DNA of 49,530 nucleotides, filler included, from Catajapyx aquilonaris (lineage: Eukaryota), in assembly GCA_000934665.2 (NCBI GenBank). It is 3 parts of 3 records of this genome, joined end to end, with 100 filler letters (N's around TTAATTAATTAA, not from the genome) between each part and the next. Parts side by side here need not be neighbours in the genome. Positions count along the whole stretch, not along the records: positions 1 to 16,439 come from KZ539656.1; positions 16,540 to 32,995 come from JYFJ02007202.1; 1 more part is not named here. The stretch is one strand, 5' to 3'. Positions 12,520-25,269 of the stretch are shown here, piece after piece (the first letter of the stretch is position 1; each line of letters starts with the position of its first letter). A model generated the notes under the pieces. It was not told where the DNA came from, did no database searches, and saw nothing but the letters and a program-made list of their open reading frames with translations. The position numbers and the translations under genes are program-made.

Positions 12520-14098
12520 CTCATTTCCTTTTGTTATTTTGTAGCATACTTTGGCTGTAATGGTGGTACCAGTCACTTGTCGTACTTGGTACATTTATAT
12601 CTATTATTATCATCATCACCGCTAAGCTTCCTGAGCAGAGTACTGAGGAAGTAACATAGTAACAAAGACAATCTCAGCACATGGTTTCTGACGACCCTGA
12701 CTTAATGGAGGGACAAACATAATAAAACTAGGGGCATTCGAAATAATTAGACACGCAGTTAGTCGTTAGTCTCCGGTTGAGAGGCAACAGCACCGTGCCC
12801 GAAAGGGTCTTGAAGTGCCACTACGTGCTAAGTGACTGCGTAATACCCTGACAGCAACAGGCGGAAGCGTCCTTTATGATGGGAGCAGATGCCAGTGAAG
12901 GACTGCGAGCTTGTCCATGTCACCTCCTATCCACTGGGACACTATAGGGACACTTCTCTCTTCATCTATCACTGTCCATCAGGTTTGGGTACACATACAT
13001 GCGTGCTCATAATACGCGTTATTAATTCATTAGGTGCATAGTGGGAAGCTCTTTTCACACGCAACCTCTGTTTCAAACGTGGCTGAGGTTGGGCTAAAAG
13101 CACATTTGCGGTGTACCGGCAAATACTAATTTCACAAGTACTTACATGTATTCAATCATGGATAATGGGTAGCGACCGTCGGGCCATTGCATGTAGCAGA
13201 CTGTCCTATGCTGGCCGCTGGAGTACCTGCAATGGACAATAGTTATGCGATAAGAATCCTGGATGGAAATGTTCGGAGCCGGTCGTTTCCAGGATGGAAA
13301 CGACCCCTGAGAATTTCATAAACAATTTCCATGTGGCTCGTATAACTCGGCTTGACATTATGTATGGATTAGTGAAATTGGGTGCTTAATGTCTGTGCTC
13401 GGTACCGCACAATGCTAATTAAGCACTTGGGACTTTCCCACCGGATGACTTTGAAGCATGGCTTTACTGAAGATCTACTTGATAATCAAATGTTTCATGC
13501 ACTACCAGTAAGTGTGCGGTTTGAGGTGAACTCACCACTCTTCGGGCTGAAACAAGTCTTTGTAGTTACCGACACTGGAAAGCGAAAGATTACCCCTACA
13601 TTTTCGACTTGTATTGGACCAATCTACCCACTGGCCTAATGTTCTTCTCCACACTGTAAATCCATATAGGAAATAGAGTGCATGCCCCACCACGTCTCGG
13701 GTCTTACATGTACACACCCCTCAATTGATTTGCTTTTTTTTTTTCCTTTCAACCCGGGGCCTCCCTATGTGTAATTCCCACTCAACTGTGGAGTTTAGTG
13801 GTGGCCAATCGAAGCAGCGCCTTTTAAAGGCTGTCAGGCACAGTCGGAGACTAATTGGGTCCTGGGGAATGTGTTTTGGAAGCCTGGATCCATGAGCTTC
13901 CACCCGTTCATGTTGACGCAACTTATTTTGGACGTCGAGAGGCTGTCAGTGGGACGTCCAGAGTCATCTGACTTTGGTCTTATTGAGGCCACGTCTGGCT
14001 CTTTTCAGAGAGCATTCTTTGTGATGGGGATTACTACTAGCTTTGTTCAAATGTGTTGGAAAGAGGGCGACTTATGACACGTTTCTAACAGTTTCCTG

Positions 14099-14162
14099 TG
14101 TTTCTCCCGTGACTCCAAGAGCTCTTCCGGCGGTCCCTTTCCTAATAAACCTAAAACTAAAC
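14099..14162 (+). mobile_element. Internally deleted copy of the SINE-like element seen at 24887 and 29752
   Basis: GTTTCTCCCGTGACTCCAAGAGCT..CCGGCGGT and the CCTAATAAACC tail are reverse complements of parts of 24887-25155. Confidence 0.65.
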
Positions 14163-16439
14163 AATCTAACAGTCCCAACACTTTTAACGCTTCTAACAGG
14201 CTTTAACGCTTCTAACGGTTCTAACCGAAATGAAATCACTTTGCGATTTCTGCGCCATTTCGGTTTGCTAGCTCATCACTCTCTCATCCGCGCCCAAGAT
14301 TCAACCGATATCCAGCCAAAGCCCTCTTCTAATAATGCCTCTAGCGATAGTCGATAATGCCCAGAGAGATTTCTTCCACGTGTACCGAGCAAGTTCAACG
14401 CCTCACCACCAGGACCAGGCTGGCAAAATGTTGTCAAGGACCCCCGGTGTTTTATCAGGGGATCGGAAACGATCAAGGGCCAAGCTGGGGGGGTGGGGGT
14501 GGGGGCATGATTACATTTTGAAATGTGAAAGAACAGAGCAGATGGATTATCATCCGAATGGAACCTTTCCCATGGGGAAATGGGGCCTGCATCGTTCTTT
14601 TTGCGAAAAGGCAGCAGCATTCATTCCTCCCATCGTAAATGTGAATGGAATACGTGACGAGATTCGAGAAGAAACAGGAGATGGACCGTTGGAGAGATTT
14701 ACATCCAGCCAGAGTACATAAGGATTTATTTTTAGAGAGCTGTGCATCATACGCATGAGCTATGAGTTGCATAACTGTTGTGTAAAGATACCTGCGTGGG
14801 CTTGAATTGATCTCTTTGATGTATCGTTTGTTGGTGGAAAGTTCAAAGCAACAGTAGGGTTTGATTGAGTAATTTTGGAGGGTAATTACAGAGAAGAATA
14901 AGTGATGTTTACAAAGGCAAACTAATCTCTTTGCTGCAGAGTTCTATACGTGTTCTTAGACGTCGGATAATACAAAAGACGACCTCTACACTTGCTATTG
15001 ATGCTAGAGCCATACATTCCGCTGAGGTTGTGAGTGGGCGACTGATACTGACTAATCTGGAATCACTTGTGACCAATAGAAATTTGTATCACATTTTCCT
15101 TTACAACTAACTAAGCAAATGCTTTTAAATGCGGAGGAAATTTTGATATCTTGTGAATTTCGATGACACTGATATTTTTTTAAATTCCGAGTAATTCCAA
15201 TGTTATGACCACAATCTATTTTTCAAATATTTATGAAGTCGATTTTACATAAGAATAGGCGAGATTGATCTACGTTACTCAATCACTCCTTATTTGAATA
15301 TTACAGTTATGAATATTGCATTGTTTCGCCTGGCGTAACTTTGGCTTAGCTGTTAGTGAAAAAACGCCATGTAAATTTCGTCCGTAAGTAGCTTTGGTTG
15401 GCTCATCACTATTTTGTCCGGAGGACTCCAATGCATGCCTGAGTTTCTTGTTACCATAATAGTGCATCATAGATCACACAGATGGGCATCCTATATTATA
15501 ATGTGACCGCCCCGGGGTTGAAAACACTAGTTGCAGTATTTTGGCCCCTGAAAGTCGAAACCTTTCGAGAGTCATGTTGCTGCAGCGTGTAAATGCATAT
15601 ATAGTTTTTTGACATCCCTTTGGAAGCAAAAAATATACATATATGTGAGCCAACGAACCAAGTTCTGAATAGACCCGAGAGTCTCCTCATTAGTGCAATT
15701 ACATGACACGATCTTTTGACAGCTCGAGTACTAACGAGTCTGGTATTTTTGAAGATGAAACGACCCCCTCTTTACTTCTTGCAGTCATGGAACTCCGTCT
15801 GCTTTTTGCTCTCAACTTTGCTATACTTTATGCCATTTCGTCACATTGATGATGTGTAACCACTGGCTGGCACGAAAGAACTAACGCTATTTTGTGCACA
15901 GATAAATATCTGACCCTGTTGACAAATATGATGAAACTGTCCTCACTCGCTTTGTAGCTTATCTTGACATATTCGAGTATACGAGACACTGTGTAGTGCG
16001 CTGAATAAGTTATGTGGGATGCGTGTCTTGCATTCTGCTCTAAGTCGACAGACACGCGACGTCAGGTGCTTTTCATGTTTGCTTTACTTTCTCAGTGGAC
16101 AGCATAATTGGTCTATATTTTGCATGCTCAATTATTATCATTACACAATAATAAAAACATTGTAGGGCATTATATTGAATGTTTTTACTGAATACATTTA
16201 GTGGTGCAATAAAGCCACTGAAGTTCAATGTTTACGCTTCTAATATCATAATGAAACTTTGCGAGAAAATTATTGAGAGCCTCAGGGTTCTTTCTATAAT
16301 TATTATCTGCCGTTGTCTAAATATTAATCCGGTGGTCACACTCTTTAAACAAGTTACTGTTGCCAATAATGGCAACAGTGAAATTTGTGACGTGCCCGCC
16401 CGGCTAAAGAGGGCACGACACATGGGACCAGACCCAGAC

Positions 16440-16539
16440 NNNNNNNNNNNNNNNNNNNNNNNNNNNNNNNNNNNNNNNNNNNNTTAATTAATTAANNNNN
16501 NNNNNNNNNNNNNNNNNNNNNNNNNNNNNNNNNNNNNNN
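16440..16539. other. Artificial contig spacer (N44-TTAATTAATTAA-N44)
   Basis: Exactly 100 bp, with a central 12-mer giving stops in all six frames. Confidence 0.97.
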
Positions 16540-16887
16540 TCCCTTCACCCCCGCAACAAGTAAAATAGCCGGGAGAACTGGCTGATGAAGAACGGTTGGT
16601 AGTGCTGCCGGGCCCCCCCACCACCCCACCTCAACCAACCCTACTCTCCACTTGCTTGCTGCAGGGGGGAACCGGATTGGGATGGCTTTTGGGCTAAAGG
16701 GTACGGACGATGCCTGGTGTTCTGCGTATAAATCGTGGAATGCATACCATAGAGAATATCACTGAATATGACTTATACATTATTTTCCCCGGCAAATGCA
16801 TTGAAGCGCTGGCCAATGGACGGAACAAATCGACTTGCTTCGTGCGGAAGCGAATCACTGCTATTTTTACTATTTCTTTCCATTTTG

Positions 16888-16961
16888 TTGGTGGTGGTGG
16901 TGTTGTTGTTATTATTATTATTATGAATTATGATCGTTAATGATGATGATGATGCTAATAA
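16888..16961. repeat. Compound trinucleotide microsatellite (GGT/GTT/ATT/GAT)
   Basis: Consecutive short triplet runs. Confidence 0.8.
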
Positions 16962-17029
16962 TGCGGTCACTCTCATTGTACGCGTGGGACCAATTTTTCT
17001 GACGCATATGCAACCAAACTTGTCAATCG

Positions 17030-17215
17030 AGTTCAATAATCCTTATACCCCGGGGGTAGGTAAGTTGGGGGTCCTCCTGCTAATTGCTCCCTTTCTCTGC
17101 ATCGGCCCATGACCTCGTGCACTTGGATGACATCTGGGAAGGTCCACACATCGCCCTGGAGGGCCGAANAGGACCCCCAACTTACCTACCCCCGGGGTAT
17201 AAGGATTATTGAACT
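17030..17215. repeat. 46-bp perfect inverted repeat (MITE or assembly artefact)
   Basis: 17030-17075 is the exact reverse complement of 17170-17215. A single N at 17169 abuts the right arm. Confidence 0.75.
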
Positions 17216-17594
17216 TTTTATTAACTTTTAGTTAAGACTTATCTTCAATGGCATTTTTCTTGTAACTATACTATAATCTGCTTATTATTTAGCAGTGTCT
17301 TTTTAGTGGCTATTTAAATCGCTTCCCAATATAATCAGGGCACCACTGTACTTTCCCAACGCAAGTGAAGTTCACCTAGCATGAAAATCACCTTCATGTC
17401 CAGCTTACAAATATGAATTAGTAGGTGAATCATGTTTCAATAACACCTTGTGGCCCCAACATCTCTTCCATATGCCTCATTAGAATATAAGTTGTATGAT
17501 TATAACATTTGTTATTAGAATTAAGTATCGATAGGAGACCAGATAACATTATAATACGTAAGTTGTATGATTATAGCATTTATCATGAGTCATG

Positions 17595-17875
17595 AGATAG
17601 GTATCCTCTAGCCCTGTGAAACAACGGCAGCAACTCTTTAACGTGGCATTGATTCCATAAGTTGAGCCATGCCATCTGGATGGATCTGGATAGCCACCTA
17701 CAGCTTCCTGGATTCTTGAAGGTGCAGGATTTTGGACCTCTTCACCACGTCCCATAAATCCTGGATAGGATTCAGTCTGGCCACATGATTCTTCATAATG
17801 CTCCTTGAACCAATTCTGGACCGGCTGATGAAACTGCATTACCTGCTGGAATTTCCCATCATAAAGGAGTGCCAT
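17595..17875 (-). pseudogene. Tc1-like transposase C-terminal remnant
   Basis: Across frames: DGKFQQ..H..VQNWFKEH, LNPIQDLWDVVKR (DLNPIE.LW motif) and LMESMPR*RVAAV. Frameshifts and stops present. Confidence 0.8.
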
Positions 17876-19154
17876 GAGCTGTGTTCATCAGCACCCGCAG
17901 CCTCACGACAAAACCTGGGCATACACGACAGGGTGGTGTGTGACTTCAAAAGTTTCATGTTTCTATCGCATGACTTTTTGGAACTTGAATGTATATTGGG
18001 TTTTGCATAACAATGGATTACGCATGTTACCTGTTTCACCTCATTTGATACATTCTTGCATCTCTGTTCCTTTCAGATTTCTTTCGCCAAGAGGAAGAGC
18101 AGCAGTGATTTGCAGGAGCGTTGTTACCAGAGGATGATGCCCATGACAAGATGTTGCTGTAGGTCAGTATCATTAAGACCTCAATGCAGTTGCGTGGATT
18201 TGAGTGTTGGCTCCTGTGCAATCCTGGCTAGTGAGAGAATTACCTGACTGCAATAAAATTACTCTTCTGAATGTATCTGCTTTCTAATGGGAAATGAGGG
18301 GAAACCTTTTGTGCTGCGCTCCAAGTCTTTGCAGGTGCAATTATTATTGCTCATTTTAAGGGCGATAGCCCTTAAGTAAGACCGTAGCATAGATTTCAAC
18401 AATGTTTCAACAATGAATTTTTCCTGGTTCTTCTTGTTACGTTTTTTTCAATCGCCCTAACTCAAGTTCTGCTGTAGGTAGAGCTTCCAAATTTTGAACA
18501 CAGATCCCCACCGTCGTGACTTGATTTCCTACCATTTACACTTTTACTTAATTCCTCTTCAAAACGCCGCAAAAAATTTTAAACCACCAAAAAATACGTC
18601 TCAATTTTTTTGCTTAATAACTATTCGGAATTGTTTCTTCGTCAAAGGGCCGAAGGTGCAGTGGGATGGTGCGGATCTATGTTCAAAATCTCAGTTCCCA
18701 CTGCTACAGGATTGGAGCTGTGATTTTTTTACCTCGTATTTTTTCTGTCATTACTTCATTTGTTCGTTACGCCATCACCTAGAAACGTCAATTGTTGTTT
18801 ACCACCTCATATATTGTTGTGGGTCAAAGGAGGACAAGATGAGCGACGCCGAGTCGTACTGTCGCCGTTGGGTTTTCACCCAACTTTAATGTACCTTTGT
18901 GTTTTTTGTATCGTCTGGTACAGTTCTCAATGTATATATTCCGTATATTTTAGCGTATAGGCTTTTCATAATAATTAAATCAGACTAACCGTTGGCTGGT
19001 AGCACTCCACTTTCGTTTTTTTACGACTGTCTCTGTGAAAATAATTTTAGGGACTTCTAAGCGACGAAAATCGTCTCCATTGCATTCATAGTGCAGACTG
19101 TATAGTGTAGACACTGTAGAGCATAAGTTATGTGTACTGTCAAAAAAGAACTGA

Positions 19155-19910
19155 AATTAGATCAAAAACTTTCCCTTCAGTAAAAAAGAGAAGTAAGACC
19201 TCCGCGGCGGAATGAAAGTACTGAAACAAGGCAGGCGCACGTAAGACCTTCACCAATTGATTTAAGCTGTACCATAGGTCTTACTCAAGCAATTCTCAAG
19301 TCCGGTATGGAACGGCTCGTAAAATGACTGCCGCAAACTACTCAGAGCAGTAGGTAGGATTTTATTATGAAAAGAAAAAAATGGGGGAAAAACTAAATCC
19401 ATTCTAACAGACTTGGTCCAATCGAAAAAGACCCTCTAAAATCACCAATTAACGTTTATATGTGAAAAATTAAACGTTAGAGTTAAAATCAGCATCTAAA
19501 AGAGGTGACGATTGTGCATGAATGTTTAATGGCAATAATTCGCACTAATCGCATAGAAATTCAATGTGCTTAATATTGAAGTTCCTAATTTCATAAAACA
19601 CTAATATGGAGTGGCTCATGGAAAACTAATACTACCAATAAGAGCTAAGATACTGCTAACTTAGCAGTACCATTGCACTACACTGGTACTGCTAAGTTAG
19701 AAGTAACTAGTAGTACGACAGAAATTCCACAGATTTGCTTCAGGAAGGAGACTTCATGAGCAGTGAATTGGAAATTGCTTGAGTAAGACCTATGGTACAG
19801 CTTAAATCAATTGGTGAAGGTCTTACGTGCGCCTGCCTTGTTTCAGTACTTTTATTCCGCCGCGGAGGTCTTACTTTTTTTTTACTGAAGGGAAAGTTTT
19901 TGATCTAATT
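19155..19910. mobile_element. Foldback element with about 140-bp near-perfect inverted arms
   Basis: 19155-19294 and 19773-19910 are reverse complements with only a few differences. Confidence 0.8.
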
Positions 19911-20509
19911 GCCTTTACAGCATTTCCACTTAATCAGTTCTGATATGGATGTCTTCAACTTGACTGTTATCAGCTTTGGCATTGCTCTGTATGAAAAAGG
20001 ATGAGATCATGTCAATTAAGCTTTTTTTTTGGTGTTGTATGTGGCTGGGAAATATTAATGTCAGGGTTCTAAAATTTGCTTAATTTCTGCACAGGAAGCA
20101 ATAAGTTCAATTTCCATCCAATTGCATTGACCCTTTTCTATTATTGTGTTATGAATTAATAAATGTCATTTTTCTTCTTTCAGTGCCAGTAATTTGCTGT
20201 GATGGTGCCATCCTGGAAGCCAGCAGTCCTGCCTGAAATGATCATCATCTTTCTTGTATCCCTATTTTTGCCCCCTTTGTTTTCTTCTCTTTTCAGCCAT
20301 TTTCTCTTTCCAAATGGTTCCAGTCATAATAAGCAGCAGTATCCTTTCCCACCTCCTCTTCCCTAAGGCCGGGGCCAACCGGGCGTAATTTCGGGCGGCC
20401 CCGGTCGCCGAGCTCCTGCCTCCGCAGGGTCCACTGTCATGGAGCCTATCTTGTAGACTCCTCCCTTTTCCTGTAATTTCTGAGTTCAGTGAGTCTGATT
20501 GGTTGACTC

Positions 20510-20738
20510 AGTCCCTTGCCCCTCCCCCTCTGCCTGCTGATGGGTGAGGCTTTGATGGATGGGGGTGCACGTGGGACGATGTAAGTTACGTTGCCCTCCT
20601 TGGCCTATCCCCCCAGGGCTTGCCTTGGGAGGATAGGGGAAGGGGAGGCAATGTAGCTTACATTGCCCATGGGCCCCCATCCATCAAAGCCTCTCCCCCC
20701 TGGCCATCAGTAGGTGGAGGGAGGAGAGGCAAGGACAC
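20510..20738. mobile_element. GC-rich palindromic MITE-like hairpin
   Basis: GAGGCTTTGATGGATGGGGG pairs with CCCCCATCCATCAAAGCCTC; imperfect pairing continues in to a short central loop. Confidence 0.7.
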
Positions 20739-22539
20739 TATTTATTTCTTACACTGTACAAAAATAGCAATAAAAATAGCAATAAAGATATGTCCACACT
20801 AATATAACGTGTTCTTTTGACTGCTGCTCTTTTCCAGGATCTTCAAAGTAACTTGTGTTACTTGCATACTTTCCAGGATGATATAATCTAGAAAGAAAAG
20901 GAAACTAGAGAAACTTGTACAGGGCAGGTAATTAAAATGGACATGATGCAAGTGGGGAATTTTAAAGCATGAAACTTTTCTCCAGAATTTGACCTTGAAA
21001 GCCTTAGAATCATTTCAACCACAAGGCCAGCTGAACTAAAAAATGACTTGCAGATGATTACATTCTTTCTGGCTTTAATCATGAAGTGCCTTCATACTGC
21101 AAATTTATTTAATCAACATACTTCCAGTTAAATGATGTTATAAGCACTGTTGGATGCCAGCTGTGATGTATAGGTCAACAATAAAATTTAATGCCAATGA
21201 CATCACCTTTGTTATAAAGAGGAATTGTATAAAACTGCTGAGTCAAAAGCATTGGACAATTTTGCACTTAATTAGTCATCAAGGCTTGGGACACTTGGTA
21301 AATAACTTCAACTGTTATTATTGCAGCCTGAAATTTATTAATGAAAATTACCATTTTGATATCTCATTAATCTGAGCAGTTTCAAACAATAATCTTCCTC
21401 CACTTTGCAACAGTTCTCTGCCTTTTTCATGTCTCAAAATGCAATATATTCAACCCATTTTACCATCTGGAAATCTGATGTAAATGAGTAGGTTTTGGGT
21501 TCACAAAAATTAAATTAATGCCTTCCCATATTAAACTACCATTAAACCATGGACATGAGGCATGCTACAACAAATTTCCTCAGCATCCTCCCATCAAGGA
21601 TAAGCCTCAATAATGAGAAACCCCCATTTTAGTCCTGAAAATTACTGCCAAACAACATGGGATAGCAGCAGCACAAAGGTACAAGTATATGATGCTCACC
21701 ATGGGTGTTGAGTGGCAAAAGCTCAGTCGAAGAACAACCAAGATGAGTTTGACGCATCTGATTGGAGATTGGAATGAAAATCAGCTGTCCGTCAAAGCAA
21801 GTGGGATTTTCACATTGTGCCTCCAAAGACTGGTCCAAAGCATCCTCTGCGAAGTAGTGGATGTTGCTTCACTCACATCTGCACTCCCCAAGGCCGATTC
21901 TCGATGCTGAAATGAGCTGGCCCAAAACTTACATCCTGTGAAAAAAGGAGAAAAAATTACGAACTACTGCAAATCCTAATTATGACGACCTTGCAGAACA
22001 ATCTATCATATTGGAATGATTTCGTCATTTTGTGGCGAATTGAAGACTGAATGACTCCATTTCAAACATGATTAATAGCCTATTACAGGCCAAAATTTAT
22101 TATTGTTTATAGGTTTACTTTCACAAGTTTTAATTTAGTTCACATGTTGGGTTAGCTTGCGTCTCCTTTCATCGCTGACTACCCCTCATAGGGAAATGTC
22201 GTGATGTTGATGATGGCAGGACAAAATTAGGATCATGTGCTAGTACAGACTGGGCAATAATTGTGCAATGCAGCTGATTTCACTTGTAGATACATTACGT
22301 CAACAAAGGGGTGGCTAGGCCCATGTCAAATGACCCTCACTCGCTCCCACAGGTGCTCAACAGACGACATGACGACTCAGATAAATGTGACATCACAGGA
22401 AGGAAATATGCATTTCGGACAAATATACGACCACCTACTGTGCGCACACCTACCAAAAATGGCCACAATAAGCACCTGATGTTGTATGGTATTAATACTT
22501 AATCTTTCTTTAAACTCTTCATAATAATGGTTAGCTGCA

Positions 22540-23010
22540 GCCTTCTAAATGAATGGGCAATTAACATTATTTCCTTCTAAAAGCTACTGCTCTCAATGAC
22601 GAAGCATTAGCTTCCAATATCCACTGGCTTCCATATTCATTGCCTAATGTATGAACAGCCTCAGCACTTCAACACATGAGGTGTACAATAAATTGTAATA
22701 ATGCTTACCATGTCCATGTCTGGTGTGCCAGGATAGTAGATGGCGAATGAAGGGTTGAAGCCTCGGATGATGATAGCACCTCGCATGGCTTGATTCCAGA
22801 AGTAAGCCAGAGTGGTTGTTGGTTTTGCAGAAATCAGGCAGGTGATGTCCAGAGACCAATCAGATGCATCATCATTTTGCAAGGTGTAACGAGTACAGGT
22901 CAGTGAGAGTGCTCATTGCCTCTTTGCGGCAATTACATGCTTCGCCATGCAGTGACTTTTGCAGAGTTACATGTAATAGTTGTTATCAAAAGAATTAGCC
23001 AGGCTACTAG
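22540..23010 (-). pseudogene. Probable KDZ (Kyakuja-Dileera-Zisupton)-type transposase remnant with an intron
   Basis: Ordered degenerate motifs C..M..RGNE / LDITC / SHARCYH...F...GHG, then a 65-nt GT-AG intron (22644-22708), then NE..QW.LEANASSLR. These resemble the KDZ core GE / YDIxC / H..H..C / GxG..GE..E..W..slR. Frameshifted. Confidence 0.45.
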
Positions 23011-24365
23011 TTATATTAGGTTGCATTGCCACACAATCAAGTGCTTTGTCTTATAGAACTTTTTAATGTCATTAGCAGGCTGCAAATTCCACCAAGATAT
23101 GTTTGATGCCTGCAAATAACCCAGAACCTTCACATAAATGAGACTAGATGAACTTCTGCAAGATCAACATCTTTGTCACCAATAATAATAATAATTGTGG
23201 GCAGTCTTGAACTACTGTACTTCAAATCCTGCAATTAAGTTATCATCACTTGATACAATCAATGTCACAGCTATTGCCAAACACACAATTTCAACCCAAT
23301 CAGTTCAGCAGATGTACGTGTCAAAGAACCTTTCATTTGACTTAATTGGCAAACACTCTGGCGAACTGAAAACAATGGACGCAAGACAAATAGGAAGTTA
23401 ATGGCGAATGAAAACCAATGGATCCAGTTACGACTTGTATTTGATTAATAATTTGCCAATTAGGTCCAGTGGGCTTAAAGTGCTCAAGAACTGAAAAGAC
23501 ATAGTGAATGTATGTCAGCCAAATATCTTCATTTAAATAGTTACTTTTATTGCCTTCAACACTGCACATTAAGTTGCCACTATTCACATCTGTGAATAAT
23601 AATTCAAATTTCTGCTGTAGTGTGGCTTGAAAATAATATGTTGACTGGGAGCATGGAATGTAGTATTACATTAACTGGGATCATTCAAGCTCAGTTACAA
23701 GAGCACTTATACATAGTGGCGCATTGCAGTATAGAAATGTGACAGCTTGCAAAACATCTTACGCTTTTTCATATTTTCATGCCAGAATGCCATTACATAT
23801 GCACCCAATAAACTGATAGTTGCTCCTCTCTTAGCATCAATTTTTTTCATGAAATCTCCCGCCTCTATTCAGCCTTAGAATAGTACTGGCATCACACTAG
23901 ACAAGTACGACTGGCAACTTCATCAGAAGTGTATCTAACAATAATTGTTAGATACGCTTCTGATTTATGACTCAAAGAACAAACTTGGAAAATAAACTTG
24001 ATAATTTTTGTTGCATAATGATTTGAGGGGCGTGGTGGAAAAAGGTGATAACTCGCATTTTTGTCATTTTTAACCTCAACGCACAGGTCTACCAACTATG
24101 TAAAAGACACGACAAATAGTTTGGTATACTCCAAGTTCACGTATCATGCACGGCAACAAGGACTCGACCTAAACCCTCATTCCATATGATTTGTGAGTGC
24201 AAACTTCAATTCGCTCTCCAGAAAAATTAAACTTTTGTGGGTTATCACACTAGCAATAGCTAGGATGTAATTGACTTCCCAGCCATAAATGCAACAGAAA
24301 AAATTAGCATCGAGAAACATTTTGTCCGTGATTGAACTGACCAATATTTCTACAAGGTGCAAGTG

Positions 24366-24727
24366 TAATGCTTACCATGTCCATGTCTTGTCTGCCAGGA
24401 TAGCAGATGGCAAATGAGGGTTTCAGGCATCTGATGATGACAGCACCTCGCATGGCTTGATTCCAGAAGTTGATTTGGATTAGGCCAAAGTGGTTGTTGG
24501 TTTGGCAGAATCAGGCAGGTGATGTCCAGAGAACAATCAATCAGATGCATCATCTGCAAAGTGTAATGAATGAGCATAGGTCGAATGAGAGAGTAATACT
24601 TCAACTATCGCGTTGAGGGTGATCATTGCCTCTTTGTGGTACTTGTATGCTTTTATTGGCATGCAGTGACTTTTGCACACTTACATTTCGGAGTGGTTAT
24701 CAAAAAGAATAAGCTGCTAATACTAGG
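24366..24727 (-). repeat. Second diverged copy of the KDZ-like exon
   Basis: Direct repeat of 22699-23010 including the splice donor; encodes LDITC and LLESSHARCCHH...WQTRHGHG. Confidence 0.8.
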
Positions 24728-24736
24728 TTGCATGTA

Positions 24737-24824
24737 CTATGGGCGCCAAAAGAATTGACCGGGGTTGATGGGTATATGGCGCTATATACCCATCAAATCC
24801 GGTCAATTCTTTTGGCGCCCATAG
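24737..24824. mobile_element. 88-bp near-perfect hairpin MITE (Tc1/mariner type, TA-flanked)
   Basis: TA|CTATGGGCGCCAAAAGAATTGACCGG ... CCGGTCAATTCTTTTGGCGCCCATAG|TA. Confidence 0.85.
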
Positions 24825-24886
24825 TACCCATCCTTAATAAAGGCTGCAAAAATGAATTCAATCATTCAAGGTCGATGCCAATTTTT

Positions 24887-25155
24887 GGTTTGGTTTGGTT
24901 TATTAGGAAGAAGCCAAAGCAACTGTGGCTATCTGGCTGTAGAAGAAGCAAAGGTGGGACAGATGGAGAGAGAAACGAGGAGGAAAAAGAAGAGAGGAAA
25001 GACTGGTATCTCTCTTAGTCTGTCTCCTATCCCAAAGACCTGTCCGGCTTGGGAGGCCCTACCAGTAGACGAAGCTACCGCCGGCATAGCTCTTGGGGTC
25101 ACGGGAGAAACGCAAACCCCACCACCACGATAAGGTGGAGATACCATCGGGGGGG
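24887..25155 (-). mobile_element. SINE-like retroelement with (AAACC)n tail
   Basis: Minus strand ends GCCAGATAGCCACAGTTGCTTTGGC..TAATAAACCAAACCAAACC. Related copies at 29752 and 14099. Confidence 0.7.
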
Positions 25156-25269
25156 CCAATTTTTTGCATTCAGTCATTTTGCAATAGAAAAATTCATTGC
25201 TTTTGTGATTCCATTCAGCCTAATATTAGCAGATCTAGTGCGTTTGATAACCATTACAAGTAACTTTGC

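Noticed and set aside
13709..14079. Solo LTR (TG...CA)
   Set aside because: No target-site duplication and no second copy in the window.
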